A stretch of DNA of 64,000 nucleotides. Origin: Candidatus Onthovivens sp. Its GTDB lineage: Bacteria; Bacillota_I; Bacilli_A; RFN20; CAG-826. A program made the position numbers and the translations under genes. The stretch spans positions 37,527-101,526 of the forward strand of contig DAIODM010000002.1 in NCBI GenBank assembly GCA_036746835.1, given 5' to 3'. Position 1 is the first letter of the stretch. Every line of letters begins with the position of its first letter. The notes below the pieces were generated by a model that did not search any database, had not been told where the DNA came from, and saw nothing but the letters and a program-made list of their open reading frames with translations. Below, piece after piece: positions 20,487-30,546 of the stretch.

Positions 20487-21017
20487 TTATTTATTCTCTT
20501 CAATCCAGTTTTGAACTTTATCTTTAGAAATACTTGCATCGCTTCCACGAAGCGCAAGTCCAGCCTTAATAATTGCTTTTGGACATAAAGAAGCGATTTC
20601 ACTTAAACTATTTGCAAATCCACTACCTTCACTTGTACAAAATGGATAGATAATCTTTCCATTTGTATTAATTGATTTTAAAAACCAATAAACTTGCATT
20701 GGCATGTTGCCCCAATAATTTGGGAAGCCTAAATAAATCACTTCGTAATCATTAATATCTTTAGGAACATTTAAAATATTCATTTTTCTTAAAGAAATTA
20801 AATCATCTTGTGCTTCTTTAATGCACACATTGTATTTTTCACTATAAACACGATCGGATTCAATTTCAAAAAGATCACCTTCTGTAATCTCTTTAATAAA
20901 GTTAGCCACTATTTTAGTGTTTCCAACTTTAATACTTCTAATACCTTCTGCCATATAATTCTCTCCAGCACGAGAATAATAAGCGATTAAAATTTTCTTC
21001 ATATTTACCTCCTTCAT
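20487..21017 (-). CDS. Flavodoxin-family protein
   Basis: MKKILIAYYSRAGEN... is a flavodoxin-like fold. It is first in the flavodoxin / S-component / kinase operon. Confidence 0.7.
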   Translation of the reverse strand: MKEVNMKKILIAYYSRAGENYMAEGIRSIKVGNTKIVANFIKEITEGDLFEIESDRVYSEKYNVCIKEAQDDLISLRKMNILNVPKDINDYEVIYLGFPNYWGNMPMQVYWFLKSINTNGKIIYPFCTSEGSGFANSLSEIASLCPKAIIKAGLALRGSDASISKDKVQNWIEENK

Positions 21018-21060
21018 ATTTATACAACTTAAAGTTTACTCTAAGTCAAGACTTTTGAAA

Positions 21061-21092
21061 AATAAAAGGCGACCGAAGTCGCCTTAATTTAC
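21061..21092 (-). terminator. glgA terminator (aaggcgac-ttcg-gtcgcctt + T-run)
   Basis: A GC-rich 8-bp stem with a T-run on the minus strand. Confidence 0.8.
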
Positions 21093-22531
21093 TTTTTAGC
21101 CATCGCTGCCTTATAAAGTTCAATATATTTCTCAGCGCTCTTTTCCCAAGTATTGTCTCGTTTCATTGCATTGAGAATCATATTTTTTAAAGAAAACTTA
21201 TCATTATAAAGCATTATCGCCTTAGAACAACAACCGATTGCATCAATAACATTATAATTATCAAAACCAAATCCATCAGCCTCTTTATCATTATGAGAAT
21301 CAATGTTATATGGTTCAACAGAATCTTTTAATCCACCAGTTCTACGAACAACTGGAAGACTTCCATAACGTTGAGCAATCATTTGACCTAAACCACATGG
21401 TTCGAAAGCACTTGGCATAATAAAGAAATCACTTGCTGCATATAATTTATGAGCAATATCATCGTTATAACCAATATAAACATAAGTATGCTTTGGATTT
21501 CTCTTAATTAAATTATTAAAGTAATCTTCCGCATATTTTTCACCACTTCCTAAAACAGCAAAGGTTCCACCATTATTAGTGATAAAATCAGCCATTGCAA
21601 ACATTAAATCTAAGCCTTTTTGATCACTTAAACGAGAAACAACCGCAAAGAAAGGAAGTTTTGGATCAAGACCATGCTCTTTACAAAAAGCTTCTTTATT
21701 TGCAAGCTTTCCTTCAATAGCTGTCTTTTCACTATATTCTTTATAAATTAAAGCATCTTTTCGAGGATTAAATTCGCCATAATCCATTCCATTTAAGATT
21801 CCAACAAAATCATCACGACGTAAAGTCATCTCATACCATAAGCCTTTACTTCCTTCTGGAGTTGTAAGTTCATAAGCATGAGTTGGCGAAACTGTTGTAA
21901 TTTTATCGCAATAATAAATTGCTGCTTTTAAAGTTGAAACTTGATTCTCAAATTGGACATGACCTTTTTCATAAATTTCATATGGTAAACCATAAAGATC
22001 AAAAAGCGAAGAAGGATTAAAATAACCTTTAAATAAAGGATTATGTATGGTTAAAACACACTTAATTGCCTTAAAAGATTGGTTATCTTTTTCTTTAACT
22101 TTAACAAGAGCAGGAAGCATTCCAGGTTGCCAATCATGAACATGAAGAATATCAACCTTAAATGGAAGTTTCTTCATAAGTTCAATAACCGCATTACTAA
22201 AGAATGCAAAACGCTCACCATCATCGAAATAACTATAGAATGAAGTACGACCAAAATATGTATCTTGTTTTATGAAGAAATAATGAATTCCTTCATAATC
22301 TTGTGTGTAAACTTCACAAGGAACATTACGCCAATTCATCTTTACACTAAAAGTAAAAAGAGGATCAGCTTTTATTAATTTTTGTTTACCAATTTTGGTA
22401 TAGTAAGGCACACAAACACTCACATTATGCCCTGTTTCAGCAAATTGCTTGCTTAAAGCATAAATAACATCGGCTAATCCGCCCGTCTTATAAAATGGGT
22501 TGGCCTCACTTGCTACCATTAAAATATTCAT
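21089..22531 (-). CDS. glgA: Glycogen synthase (ADP-glucose type, GT5)
   Basis: MNILMVASEANPFYKTGGLADV... with the KTGGL motif. Confidence 0.92.
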   Translation of the reverse strand: MNILMVASEANPFYKTGGLADVIYALSKQFAETGHNVSVCVPYYTKIGKQKLIKADPLFTFSVKMNWRNVPCEVYTQDYEGIHYFFIKQDTYFGRTSFYSYFDDGERFAFFSNAVIELMKKLPFKVDILHVHDWQPGMLPALVKVKEKDNQSFKAIKCVLTIHNPLFKGYFNPSSLFDLYGLPYEIYEKGHVQFENQVSTLKAAIYYCDKITTVSPTHAYELTTPEGSKGLWYEMTLRRDDFVGILNGMDYGEFNPRKDALIYKEYSEKTAIEGKLANKEAFCKEHGLDPKLPFFAVVSRLSDQKGLDLMFAMADFITNNGGTFAVLGSGEKYAEDYFNNLIKRNPKHTYVYIGYNDDIAHKLYAASDFFIMPSAFEPCGLGQMIAQRYGSLPVVRRTGGLKDSVEPYNIDSHNDKEADGFGFDNYNVIDAIGCCSKAIMLYNDKFSLKNMILNAMKRDNTWEKSAEKYIELYKAAMAKK

Positions 22532-23662
22532 CTAGATATGCGCTCCTTGTGGTACATAAAGTGGCTTACCATTTTCACCATGAACATCCTTATTAATTTC
22601 AAATACACAGTGTTTATCAACAACAACATTCTTTAAATGAACACCTTTTTTAATATGGGTATTAGTGAAAATAATTGAATCTTCTACTACTGCACCTTCA
22701 TCAATAACAACATTACGAGAAAGAATTGAATGATGAACAGTACCATTAATTGTGCATCCGTTTGCGACAAGACTATTTCTAACATCACATTTTTCACCAT
22801 ATAAAACAGGACGTGAGTTATGAGTTAAGGTGTAAATTGGCCAATTTTCTGGGAACAACTCATCAACCAATCCATTACGACCACCATCCATAACTTCCAT
22901 CGAAGCATTATAGTAACTTTCTAAACTATCAAGTCTTCTAAAATATCCATTAAATTTAATAGCATGAACTTTCTCAAGATAACTGCTTAAATATTTAACT
23001 AAATCATTAATGTTAAACATTGAAGAAATTGAATTAGCTTTTGCTAAAACTTCTCTTAAGAAATCACAATTAAAGATATAAGTTTGTAAAGAAACACAAG
23101 CTTTCTTTTCTTTACCATCGTTAATATCAAATTTTTGAACATCACCAAGAGGATCAACCGTAACTTTATCGCATCTAATAAGGCTTGGATCATCAGCATT
23201 AGTAATATCACTAACAACAACTGAAACTTGACGTTTACTTGCGATGTGTTCGTCTAAAATTTCATTATAATCAATATGCATTAAATAATGGACAGGACAA
23301 ACAACAATATATTTAACCTTATTATCATATAAGAACCAATCGTTCTCTAAAATATTATTAATATCGGTATTAAATGCTTCATTAAGTAAACCTTTTTCGT
23401 TAATGAAAATGTTTTGCCAACCAGTCTTTGGATTTCGTAAATAAGTATTCTTACCACCACCAAAGTGTTTAATAATTGAACGAGAATGATCTTGAACTAA
23501 AATTCCAATTGAATCAATTCCACTATTGCTTAAATTTGAGAGAGTAAAATCAATAAAAGCATAACGGCCTAAAAAAGTAGTTGAAGCAATTGGTCTATTT
23601 TTACTTAATAGACCTAAATCTGTCGTATTGTGTAAATCAATAAGAGCAATTACGTTATTCAT
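22532..23662 (-). CDS. glgD: Glucose-1-phosphate adenylyltransferase regulatory subunit GlgD
   Basis: A GlgC paralog lacking the catalytic GGxGxRL motif. It lies between glgC and glgA. Confidence 0.8.
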   Translation of the reverse strand: MNNVIALIDLHNTTDLGLLSKNRPIASTTFLGRYAFIDFTLSNLSNSGIDSIGILVQDHSRSIIKHFGGGKNTYLRNPKTGWQNIFINEKGLLNEAFNTDINNILENDWFLYDNKVKYIVVCPVHYLMHIDYNEILDEHIASKRQVSVVVSDITNADDPSLIRCDKVTVDPLGDVQKFDINDGKEKKACVSLQTYIFNCDFLREVLAKANSISSMFNINDLVKYLSSYLEKVHAIKFNGYFRRLDSLESYYNASMEVMDGGRNGLVDELFPENWPIYTLTHNSRPVLYGEKCDVRNSLVANGCTINGTVHHSILSRNVVIDEGAVVEDSIIFTNTHIKKGVHLKNVVVDKHCVFEINKDVHGENGKPLYVPQGAHI

Positions 23663-24801
23663 TATTGTAAGCTCCTTTCAGTATCAATTAAAACAATCTT
23701 ATCGCTATCTTTATTTATAATTTCATTTTCTTTAACTTCAGACCCTGGAGAAATAATTGCATTATTAACATAAGCACCTTTATGAATGATTACATCAGGC
23801 ATAATGACACTATTTTTAACAATGGCACCTTTTTCAATAACAACTTCGTTACTAATAACGCATTGATAAACATCACCTTCAATAATTGCGCCTTGGTTAA
23901 CTAAACTATCTTTAATACTGCCAGTTGAACTAACAAATTGTGGCAAACTATGAGTATCTTCACTGAAAATAGTTGGTGCAGCATCAAAATCGATTGTTTC
24001 ATTATTACGTTTTGATGGTAAAAGTTCCATATTTGCAAGATGGAGACTATCAAGAGTACCAACATCTCTCCAATAACCATGGAATCTATAAGCATATAAT
24101 GGTTTTTGTTGTTCCAAGAAAGATGGAATAATATTTTTGCCAAAATCATGTTCACTATTTGGATCTTTATGATCAGCAATTAAAGCTTTTCTTAAATCCT
24201 TATAAGTGAAAACATAGACACCCATTGAAGCAAGATTTGATTTTGGTTCTTTTGGTTTTTCAACGAACTTAGTAATCTTATCATGTTCATCAACTTCAAG
24301 AATGCCAAAACGACTGGCTTCTTTCCAATCAACTTCGATAACACTAATGGTACAAGCAGCCCCAGTTTTTTCATGGACTTCAAGCATTTCATTATAGGTT
24401 GTTTTATAAATATGGTCACCAGAAAGAATAAGGACATATTCTGGATCTTGGCTATCTAAGAAATCAATATTTTGGTAAATGGCATCAGCAGTACCTTCAT
24501 ACCAAGATAATCCTTCTTCAGTTTGACGAGGAGGAAGAGCAACTGCAATAGATTGAACGCCATTGAATCCCCACTTTTCGCCATCCCCAATATAATTGTT
24601 TAAAGTAACCGATTCATATTGAGTCAAAACTCCGCAAGAAGAAATACCAGTATTAGCTACGTTCGATAAGCTAAAATCGATAATACGATACTTTCCCCCA
24701 AAGTATACTGCAGGTTTAGCAATTTTCTTCGTCAACGCTTGAAGACGAGTACCTTTACCTCCTGCTAGAATCATCGCTACAACTTTTTTCGCCATAACCA
24801 C
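23662..24801 (-). CDS. glgC: Glucose-1-phosphate adenylyltransferase
   Basis: ILAGGKGTRLQALT, PAVYFGGKYRIIDF and C-terminal left-handed beta-helix repeats. Confidence 0.92.
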   Translation of the reverse strand: MVMAKKVVAMILAGGKGTRLQALTKKIAKPAVYFGGKYRIIDFSLSNVANTGISSCGVLTQYESVTLNNYIGDGEKWGFNGVQSIAVALPPRQTEEGLSWYEGTADAIYQNIDFLDSQDPEYVLILSGDHIYKTTYNEMLEVHEKTGAACTISVIEVDWKEASRFGILEVDEHDKITKFVEKPKEPKSNLASMGVYVFTYKDLRKALIADHKDPNSEHDFGKNIIPSFLEQQKPLYAYRFHGYWRDVGTLDSLHLANMELLPSKRNNETIDFDAAPTIFSEDTHSLPQFVSSTGSIKDSLVNQGAIIEGDVYQCVISNEVVIEKGAIVKNSVIMPDVIIHKGAYVNNAIISPGSEVKENEIINKDSDKIVLIDTERSLQ

Positions 24802-24823
24802 TCCTCCTTAATTATAATTATGT

Positions 24824-27800
24824 CTATTTTTGATCGGCTTTTTCATAAAGCCTAATGCAACTACTGTTCTTATCGTGAAGCGTAACGAGAGTTTCATCGA
24901 CAAGTTCGCTAATATCAGCGACTTTATCACTTGGGGCACTTAATATGACCTGTAAATTGAATTTTCTGAGTAATTTAACCGCTTCTTTAATACGGCTACG
25001 ATCCATTTTACTAAATGCTTCATCAAAAATAATAAGACGTGTGGTATTGCTAAGTTCACCTTCATCGTGAACGTGATAGAGTTGAGCAAAAGATGCAAGA
25101 ACACTAATGTAGAAAGGTGTTTGTGTTTCGCCTCCTGACTTCTTTTTAATCATCTTTGAAAGTCTTTGCTCTTCACCTGTATCTATATTATATACTATCA
25201 AATCAAAGTCCAAATAACTACGATAATCAGTAAATTTTTCAATATTTGACATCAATTCACTAGTTTTGTCACCTTGACCATTAACATCAACAATTTGTTT
25301 AAAGAGATCTTCCATTACATCTTTATATTTCTCAATAAACTTGGATTCATCTTCACCAGTTTCAAGAATTAAATCGTCTTTAAGCATATCGTAATATCGC
25401 TTATAAACTTGACTTGGTTTTACGGTAAATCTATATAAATCTCGACCAAATTGTGATTCTTTTAAAGCAACATTTAAGTTCTCAATTTGATCTTCTGCAT
25501 CTTCGATTGCTCCTCTTAATTTAAAGATGAAATCATCCTTAAATTGTTGAGTTGCTTTGTTATAACTATCTTTAATCTTGTCTTCATATTCAGGAAGTTT
25601 AACATCCCTAAATTCAACAAGTTCATCATCAAAGACCTTGTTATCAACAGCATTTGGATCATAAGTTAAATGATAATCATTAACATAATCTCTTCTTAAA
25701 CGGATAACTTGGTTATTTAAGTTGCTAACAAGATATTGTAAACGAGCAAGATCAACATTTGTTTCTTGTAAAATTTCAAGATTCTTCTTGCCGCTTTCAA
25801 CTTTTTCTTTATATAAAGGCTCAGCTTTTTCGTCAACAAGGAATGGATCGTAATTACGTTTTAAATTACTTTCCTTTTCTTTAATGATGTTTTCTTCACC
25901 AATTATCTTATCGCTATTAAGGTTTTCAATTTCTTTAATTAAATTACCTTTTTCAATTAAAGAAGCTTCTTTATTAGCGTTTAATTCACGAATATCTTGC
26001 TCAACATCATTTAAACGCTTATCAAGAGAAGCGAGTAAGGTTGTATCATGTTGCTTGAGTTCGTTCTCGATGTAATCAATATTTTTAAGGTATCCAGCAA
26101 TTTGAGAAGTATGTTCAATTAAAGTGAAACTATTATTAATTTCGTTAGTATTAATAACTTCGAGTTCGTTCGCCTTACTAATAACGCTATTAAGTTTACG
26201 ATAAACATCTAAGTTAGAAATATTGCTCTTAAGTTCGTTACCTTTTTCTTCAAGGAAACGCTCATCAAGAGTACGACCAATATAGGATTCTTGATATAAA
26301 CGAGGATTAATTTGACTCATCGCATAATTACGATATAAGTCGCATTCCTTAGTAATACCATTTCCACTATTACGGGCATCTTCTGCACTATTTGCTTTAT
26401 AAAGACGGCCAATTAAGAAGTTGGTATAAGCACGAGCACCTTCGTGATCGGTAATAATTTCATCTGCTAAACTACCATTTTCAGCAACATAATTTTTTTC
26501 AATAATACGCTCTTGATCAACAAGAGAAGTTCCATAGAACCTATTTTCAAGTAATAAATTTTTCAAAATATTATAGGCATCAAGGAAATATTTAGGTTCA
26601 ACAAATAAATTGAATTTTTGGTTATATAAGAAACCTTCAATTGCATTTGACCAACTTAAATCTTTGATATCAATTAAATCAGCAAAAATATCGACTTCAA
26701 TATTTTTGTGATATTTTTCATACAATCTTAGACTTAAAGCATCTTTAATACTAACAAGTCGCGAATCATAAGATTTGCTACCTTTTTTAATATTTACTTC
26801 TTCATCTCTTAAAGTTGAAATCTTCTTTTCAATATTAAAGATTGTACGGCTTAAACTAACACTTAATGAAGAAATCTTTGATTTAAAAGAAGATAAAGAA
26901 TTTCTAAAATCTTCCATCTTATCTTTGGTTAAAGTTTTAATATCATTAAGTTCATTTTTCTTAAAAGAAACACATAAATCGTTAACTTTTTTAGCTTCTT
27001 CTTCAAGATCTAAAAGCTCTTTAACACGTTCATCATCAAGAATATCTTTATTAATGTTCTTTAATTCGGTCTCTAAAGAGTTAGTTGCATTAATGTATTC
27101 ATCACAATATTTAGTAAGATTATTTTTAACACTTAAAGCTTCTTGATTAATGGCATCAATCTTTGCTTGAGTATCTTTTTTATCTTTCATCATCTCATCA
27201 GTTAAACGAATTGTATTATTATTAGCTTTATCTTGAATAATATGAGTTCGTCTTTCTTCAAGTTGAGCTAAATTACCATTAAATTCATTTAAAGATTCAT
27301 TAATTTCGTTTACACGATCATTACATTTAACGACTTGATCTTTAAAAGCGCCTAAACGAATTTTACTTTCTTCAATTTCACATTTTTCAATGATATATTG
27401 AGAAATCTTATAGTTTTCTTGGTGAGCATGATAAATCTCATAACGGTTCTTGATTTCTTCAAGACGTTCAACACGCTTTTTAATATTTTCTGCTTCATTT
27501 TCAAGTTTCTTATATTGAAGAATATTTTCTTGAAGGTGACTTAACTCAATATTTTGTTGAGGATCACAAACATATTCTGTAATAAAAGAAGTAATATCGG
27601 TAATTGGCGAGAAACTTGTTGCTTTCTTTAAAAGACTAAAGAATTTATCCTTAAGTCCACCAAATTTACGTTTTAAATATTCTTGATATTGTCTATTGCT
27701 ATCAAAGAATTCAAAGTTACCACTATAGTTTGCATTAAAGAAATCATTTAATTGCTTATAATCGAGTGGAACTTTATTTTCAACAAAACCATTTTCAGGA

Positions 27801-28243
27801 ATCTTATCATTTAAAACGAAGAAATGATGTTCTTCACTGCCATCTTCAAATGAATCAAAAACAATTCCCATTGAGAAATTTTCTTTATTCATATCATCAT
27901 AAAATTCAAGAACAATATAACTGGTAAAACGACCATTTCTTAAATATTTAAAGCCATTATCTTGATCATCACCAATTTCACCTTTAAGATAACCTCTTAA
28001 AGTACGGCTTGATTTATCCATAGCAGCTTTATTAAAAGAACGACCAGTTGTATCACCTAAAAGAACAACTTCAAGAGCATCAATTAAAGTTGATTTACCA
28101 CTACCATTAACACCAGTTAAGAAAACAATTGGTTTAACTTCGATGGTTTCGTTCCAAAAATAGTGCCAATTAATTATCCTTATTTTCGTCAACGTTTTCA
28201 TAAGTATCTCCTTCAGTGTTATTTGTTTCGCTAACATGACCAA
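24824..28243 (-). CDS. SMC/MukB-like condensin ATPase (MksB / JetC-like). Probable true start at 28201 (MKTLTKIRIINWHYF).
   Basis: N-terminal Walker A FLTGVNGSGKSTLIDALEVVLLGDT, about 800 aa of coiled-coil, and C-terminal Walker B/D-loop RLIIFDEAFSKMD. 1139 aa. Confidence 0.75.
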   Translation of the reverse strand: MVMLAKQITLKEILMKTLTKIRIINWHYFWNETIEVKPIVFLTGVNGSGKSTLIDALEVVLLGDTTGRSFNKAAMDKSSRTLRGYLKGEIGDDQDNGFKYLRNGRFTSYIVLEFYDDMNKENFSMGIVFDSFEDGSEEHHFFVLNDKIPENGFVENKVPLDYKQLNDFFNANYSGNFEFFDSNRQYQEYLKRKFGGLKDKFFSLLKKATSFSPITDITSFITEYVCDPQQNIELSHLQENILQYKKLENEAENIKKRVERLEEIKNRYEIYHAHQENYKISQYIIEKCEIEESKIRLGAFKDQVVKCNDRVNEINESLNEFNGNLAQLEERRTHIIQDKANNNTIRLTDEMMKDKKDTQAKIDAINQEALSVKNNLTKYCDEYINATNSLETELKNINKDILDDERVKELLDLEEEAKKVNDLCVSFKKNELNDIKTLTKDKMEDFRNSLSSFKSKISSLSVSLSRTIFNIEKKISTLRDEEVNIKKGSKSYDSRLVSIKDALSLRLYEKYHKNIEVDIFADLIDIKDLSWSNAIEGFLYNQKFNLFVEPKYFLDAYNILKNLLLENRFYGTSLVDQERIIEKNYVAENGSLADEIITDHEGARAYTNFLIGRLYKANSAEDARNSGNGITKECDLYRNYAMSQINPRLYQESYIGRTLDERFLEEKGNELKSNISNLDVYRKLNSVISKANELEVINTNEINNSFTLIEHTSQIAGYLKNIDYIENELKQHDTTLLASLDKRLNDVEQDIRELNANKEASLIEKGNLIKEIENLNSDKIIGEENIIKEKESNLKRNYDPFLVDEKAEPLYKEKVESGKKNLEILQETNVDLARLQYLVSNLNNQVIRLRRDYVNDYHLTYDPNAVDNKVFDDELVEFRDVKLPEYEDKIKDSYNKATQQFKDDFIFKLRGAIEDAEDQIENLNVALKESQFGRDLYRFTVKPSQVYKRYYDMLKDDLILETGEDESKFIEKYKDVMEDLFKQIVDVNGQGDKTSELMSNIEKFTDYRSYLDFDLIVYNIDTGEEQRLSKMIKKKSGGETQTPFYISVLASFAQLYHVHDEGELSNTTRLIIFDEAFSKMDRSRIKEAVKLLRKFNLQVILSAPSDKVADISELVDETLVTLHDKNSSCIRLYEKADQK

Positions 28244-28886
28244 GTTCAGTATTAGTTAAACTGTTATTTGGATTATTTAACTCATCAAGAGCTTGAGACA
28301 TTGCGACAATCTTCTCATTATCAAGAGCATAAGCAATTGATGGAAGAATATAAAAACTTACGTTTCCTTCATCATAAGTGCCACTAACTTTTGAAATAAT
28401 ATTGTGACTTGCAAAGAATCTTAAAGATTTTGCAATTTGTCGACCAGTTAATTTTTTACCAGGAATTTGAATTCCATGCTCCAAAAGAGCTTTGAGTAAT
28501 CCTGGAGTTGTAATATAAACAGCCGCATTGGTTTGGCTGCCTTCTTTTTTCTCATCTTCATAAATTAATCTTAAAGCAAAAAGTAATAAACTTGTTTCAC
28601 GATCTAATCTAGTTTGATTTTCTTGATATTCGTTACTTAAACTAACGACTCCACTAAGGTCATCACGCTCAATATGCCATCCACTATATTTAAGATAATT
28701 TTCAAATAAAGGAAAATATCGTTCAATGAAACGATAATCACTATTAATTCTCATGATTTTTTCTTTTGGATCAAAAACATCACGAACAATAAAACTCTTT
28801 AAAAGTAAAACGTTAACTACACGTGAGAATTCACGTTGATCACCAGTAGGTATTTTAATAAATTCTTCTTCAAACATATTAAGCAT
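28170..28886 (-). CDS. MksE / JetB-like (DUF4194-type) protein
   Basis: 238 aa with an acidic C-terminal tail. It sits between the kleisin-like gene and the SMC-like gene and overlaps both. Confidence 0.55.
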   Translation of the reverse strand: MLNMFEEEFIKIPTGDQREFSRVVNVLLLKSFIVRDVFDPKEKIMRINSDYRFIERYFPLFENYLKYSGWHIERDDLSGVVSLSNEYQENQTRLDRETSLLLFALRLIYEDEKKEGSQTNAAVYITTPGLLKALLEHGIQIPGKKLTGRQIAKSLRFFASHNIISKVSGTYDEGNVSFYILPSIAYALDNEKIVAMSQALDELNNPNNSLTNTELGHVSETNNTEGDTYENVDENKDN

Positions 28887-30312
28887 TTTCCTTTCTATGG
28901 AAGATTAAGTTAGGTACGATGTAATCCCCATTTCTAATCTTTAAATCATCAACAATTTCAACTGTATAGAAGCAGCTTTCATCATCCTTTTTAATTGTTG
29001 CAAGAATTAAACAGACAAAGGCATCAAAGGTTGGAAGAGGAATATCTTTAATATTTAAATCATTATCTCCACCAAACGCTTTACTCATGAATTCATATAT
29101 TCTTTCATCAGTATAGATATCGCTCGTTTCTTTTAAGAAGTTTTCCATAATGACATCGTTAGCAACATCAAAATCAACGATTTCAAGAGGTTGACCTTCA
29201 AAACGAATTCTTCTTAATAATGGAAGAGATACACTATCACTTGAAATATAACCTTGATCGTCAAAATAAGAAGCATCTTGCATGCTACTTAAAAGTTTAG
29301 ATAGATTCTTTCCATCATTAATATTTTTACCATAATACTTAAAGATATTTTCAAGATGACCTTTAATTGTACGATCACTATTATTTAAATATAAAATCTT
29401 GTTGGCACTACTCTTAGTATAAACACTATTTTCTTTATCAATTGATGAAATAAGTTCATTAATTGTCTCATAAGTATCCGTGATGTAATTTATTTTTGTA
29501 ATAACATCTTTTTCAATTTCACGCTTATTATTTGTGCCAGACATAATCGCACCTTGCATAATAAGTTTTTCACGTAATTCTTTGTTTTGTAACCACTTCT
29601 CTAAAATACGAATAATTGGTCGTTTAAATTTAGCAACACTATCAAATGTTTTTAATGGGTGATAGTATCTATCGCTGATTTTTGATTTATAAACATCAAA
29701 ATAAGAATGCAAAACATTATTAGTATCAAATGTTTTGCCAAGCTTATTTTGGAAAATACGAATTGAGTGAACAAGCGTAATTAATTCAACTTTAAGTTTT
29801 TTAGTATTTTCATAACTACGAAGTAAAGTCGAATAAAGAAGTTCATCTGGACTATCATCTTCAAGTTTAAGTTCGCTATAAGTTGAGTGAACAAGTGAAA
29901 GATATGGCGCAGTTTCATCACCGATAATCTCATTAATTGCTCTTAAATAAACAATTGAAAATTGAGGTAAAACTACTGTTTCTTCAAAGGTATCTGGATC
30001 CATTGAAATATCAATCCAACCTGTTTCTTGAAGACGACGAATAATAAAAGCAGCTTTACTATTAAGAGTTTCAGCCATAAATTGGGCATCATCATCATTA
30101 AGTTCGTTAAGATCTTCTTCTTTGTAATCGAATTTATTAATTAAGGCTGCACCCTTATCTTTTAAGGCTTTCAAAAAATCATCTTTATTGATTAAAGCTT
30201 CATCATTTTGAAGAAGTTCATAAAGAATGAGTAAACTTTCGGCATATATTTGTCTATTCTTCCCTTGAAAAATCGAGAAATAATTTGTTGGTACAATATC
30301 GAATAGATTCAT
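28879..30312 (-). CDS. MksF / JetA-like (DUF3375-type, kleisin-like) protein
   Basis: 477 aa and first gene of the three-gene module. Size and order match mksF-mksE-mksB / jetABC. Confidence 0.55.
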   Translation of the reverse strand: MNLFDIVPTNYFSIFQGKNRQIYAESLLILYELLQNDEALINKDDFLKALKDKGAALINKFDYKEEDLNELNDDDAQFMAETLNSKAAFIIRRLQETGWIDISMDPDTFEETVVLPQFSIVYLRAINEIIGDETAPYLSLVHSTYSELKLEDDSPDELLYSTLLRSYENTKKLKVELITLVHSIRIFQNKLGKTFDTNNVLHSYFDVYKSKISDRYYHPLKTFDSVAKFKRPIIRILEKWLQNKELREKLIMQGAIMSGTNNKREIEKDVITKINYITDTYETINELISSIDKENSVYTKSSANKILYLNNSDRTIKGHLENIFKYYGKNINDGKNLSKLLSSMQDASYFDDQGYISSDSVSLPLLRRIRFEGQPLEIVDFDVANDVIMENFLKETSDIYTDERIYEFMSKAFGGDNDLNIKDIPLPTFDAFVCLILATIKKDDESCFYTVEIVDDLKIRNGDYIVPNLIFHRKENA

Positions 30313-30341
30313 TTAATTTTACGTTCCTGAAATATAAAAAA

Positions 30342-30364
30342 ATTATATCATATCATGATATAAT
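30342..30364. repeat. Perfect 10-bp inverted repeat ATTATATCAT-atc-ATGATATAAT, 30 nt upstream of the jetA-like start codon
   Basis: Read directly. It is followed on the minus strand by TTTTTTAT. Confidence 0.6.
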
Positions 30365-30477
30365 AAAAAAGAAAAAATCGGACTTTTTTTGGGCATTTTT
30401 TCATATATTTTTATGTATATAAAATGAGATTTTTTCTTTAATTTTAGAAATTGCACAATTTTTTATAAAAAAGAAAA

Positions 30478-30546
30478 TGTTGATACTTGAAATGATTGTT
30501 TTTTAGTGTTATCATAAGACACGCTGATTTAAGGAGGAAAAACGAA
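30478..30546 (+). promoter_or_regulatory. rpmB promoter (-35 TTGAAA, 17-nt spacer, -10 TATCAT) and ribosome-binding site AAGGAGGA
   Basis: Read directly from the sequence. Confidence 0.5.

Noticed and set aside
24802-24823. Possible jetD remnant or terminator between the SMC-like gene and glgC
   Set aside because: The gap is only 22 nt and contains just the glgC ribosome-binding site (AAGGAGGAGTGG). There is no room for a gene or a hairpin.
30496-30546. Upstream extensions of rpmB (start 30496), ybaK (start 30774), rpmI (start 71) and the RGG-tail gene (start 62388) as given in the ORF track
   Set aside because: In each case an internal ATG with a consensus ribosome-binding site gives the canonical protein N-terminus. 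The extensions cross promoter or terminator sequences.
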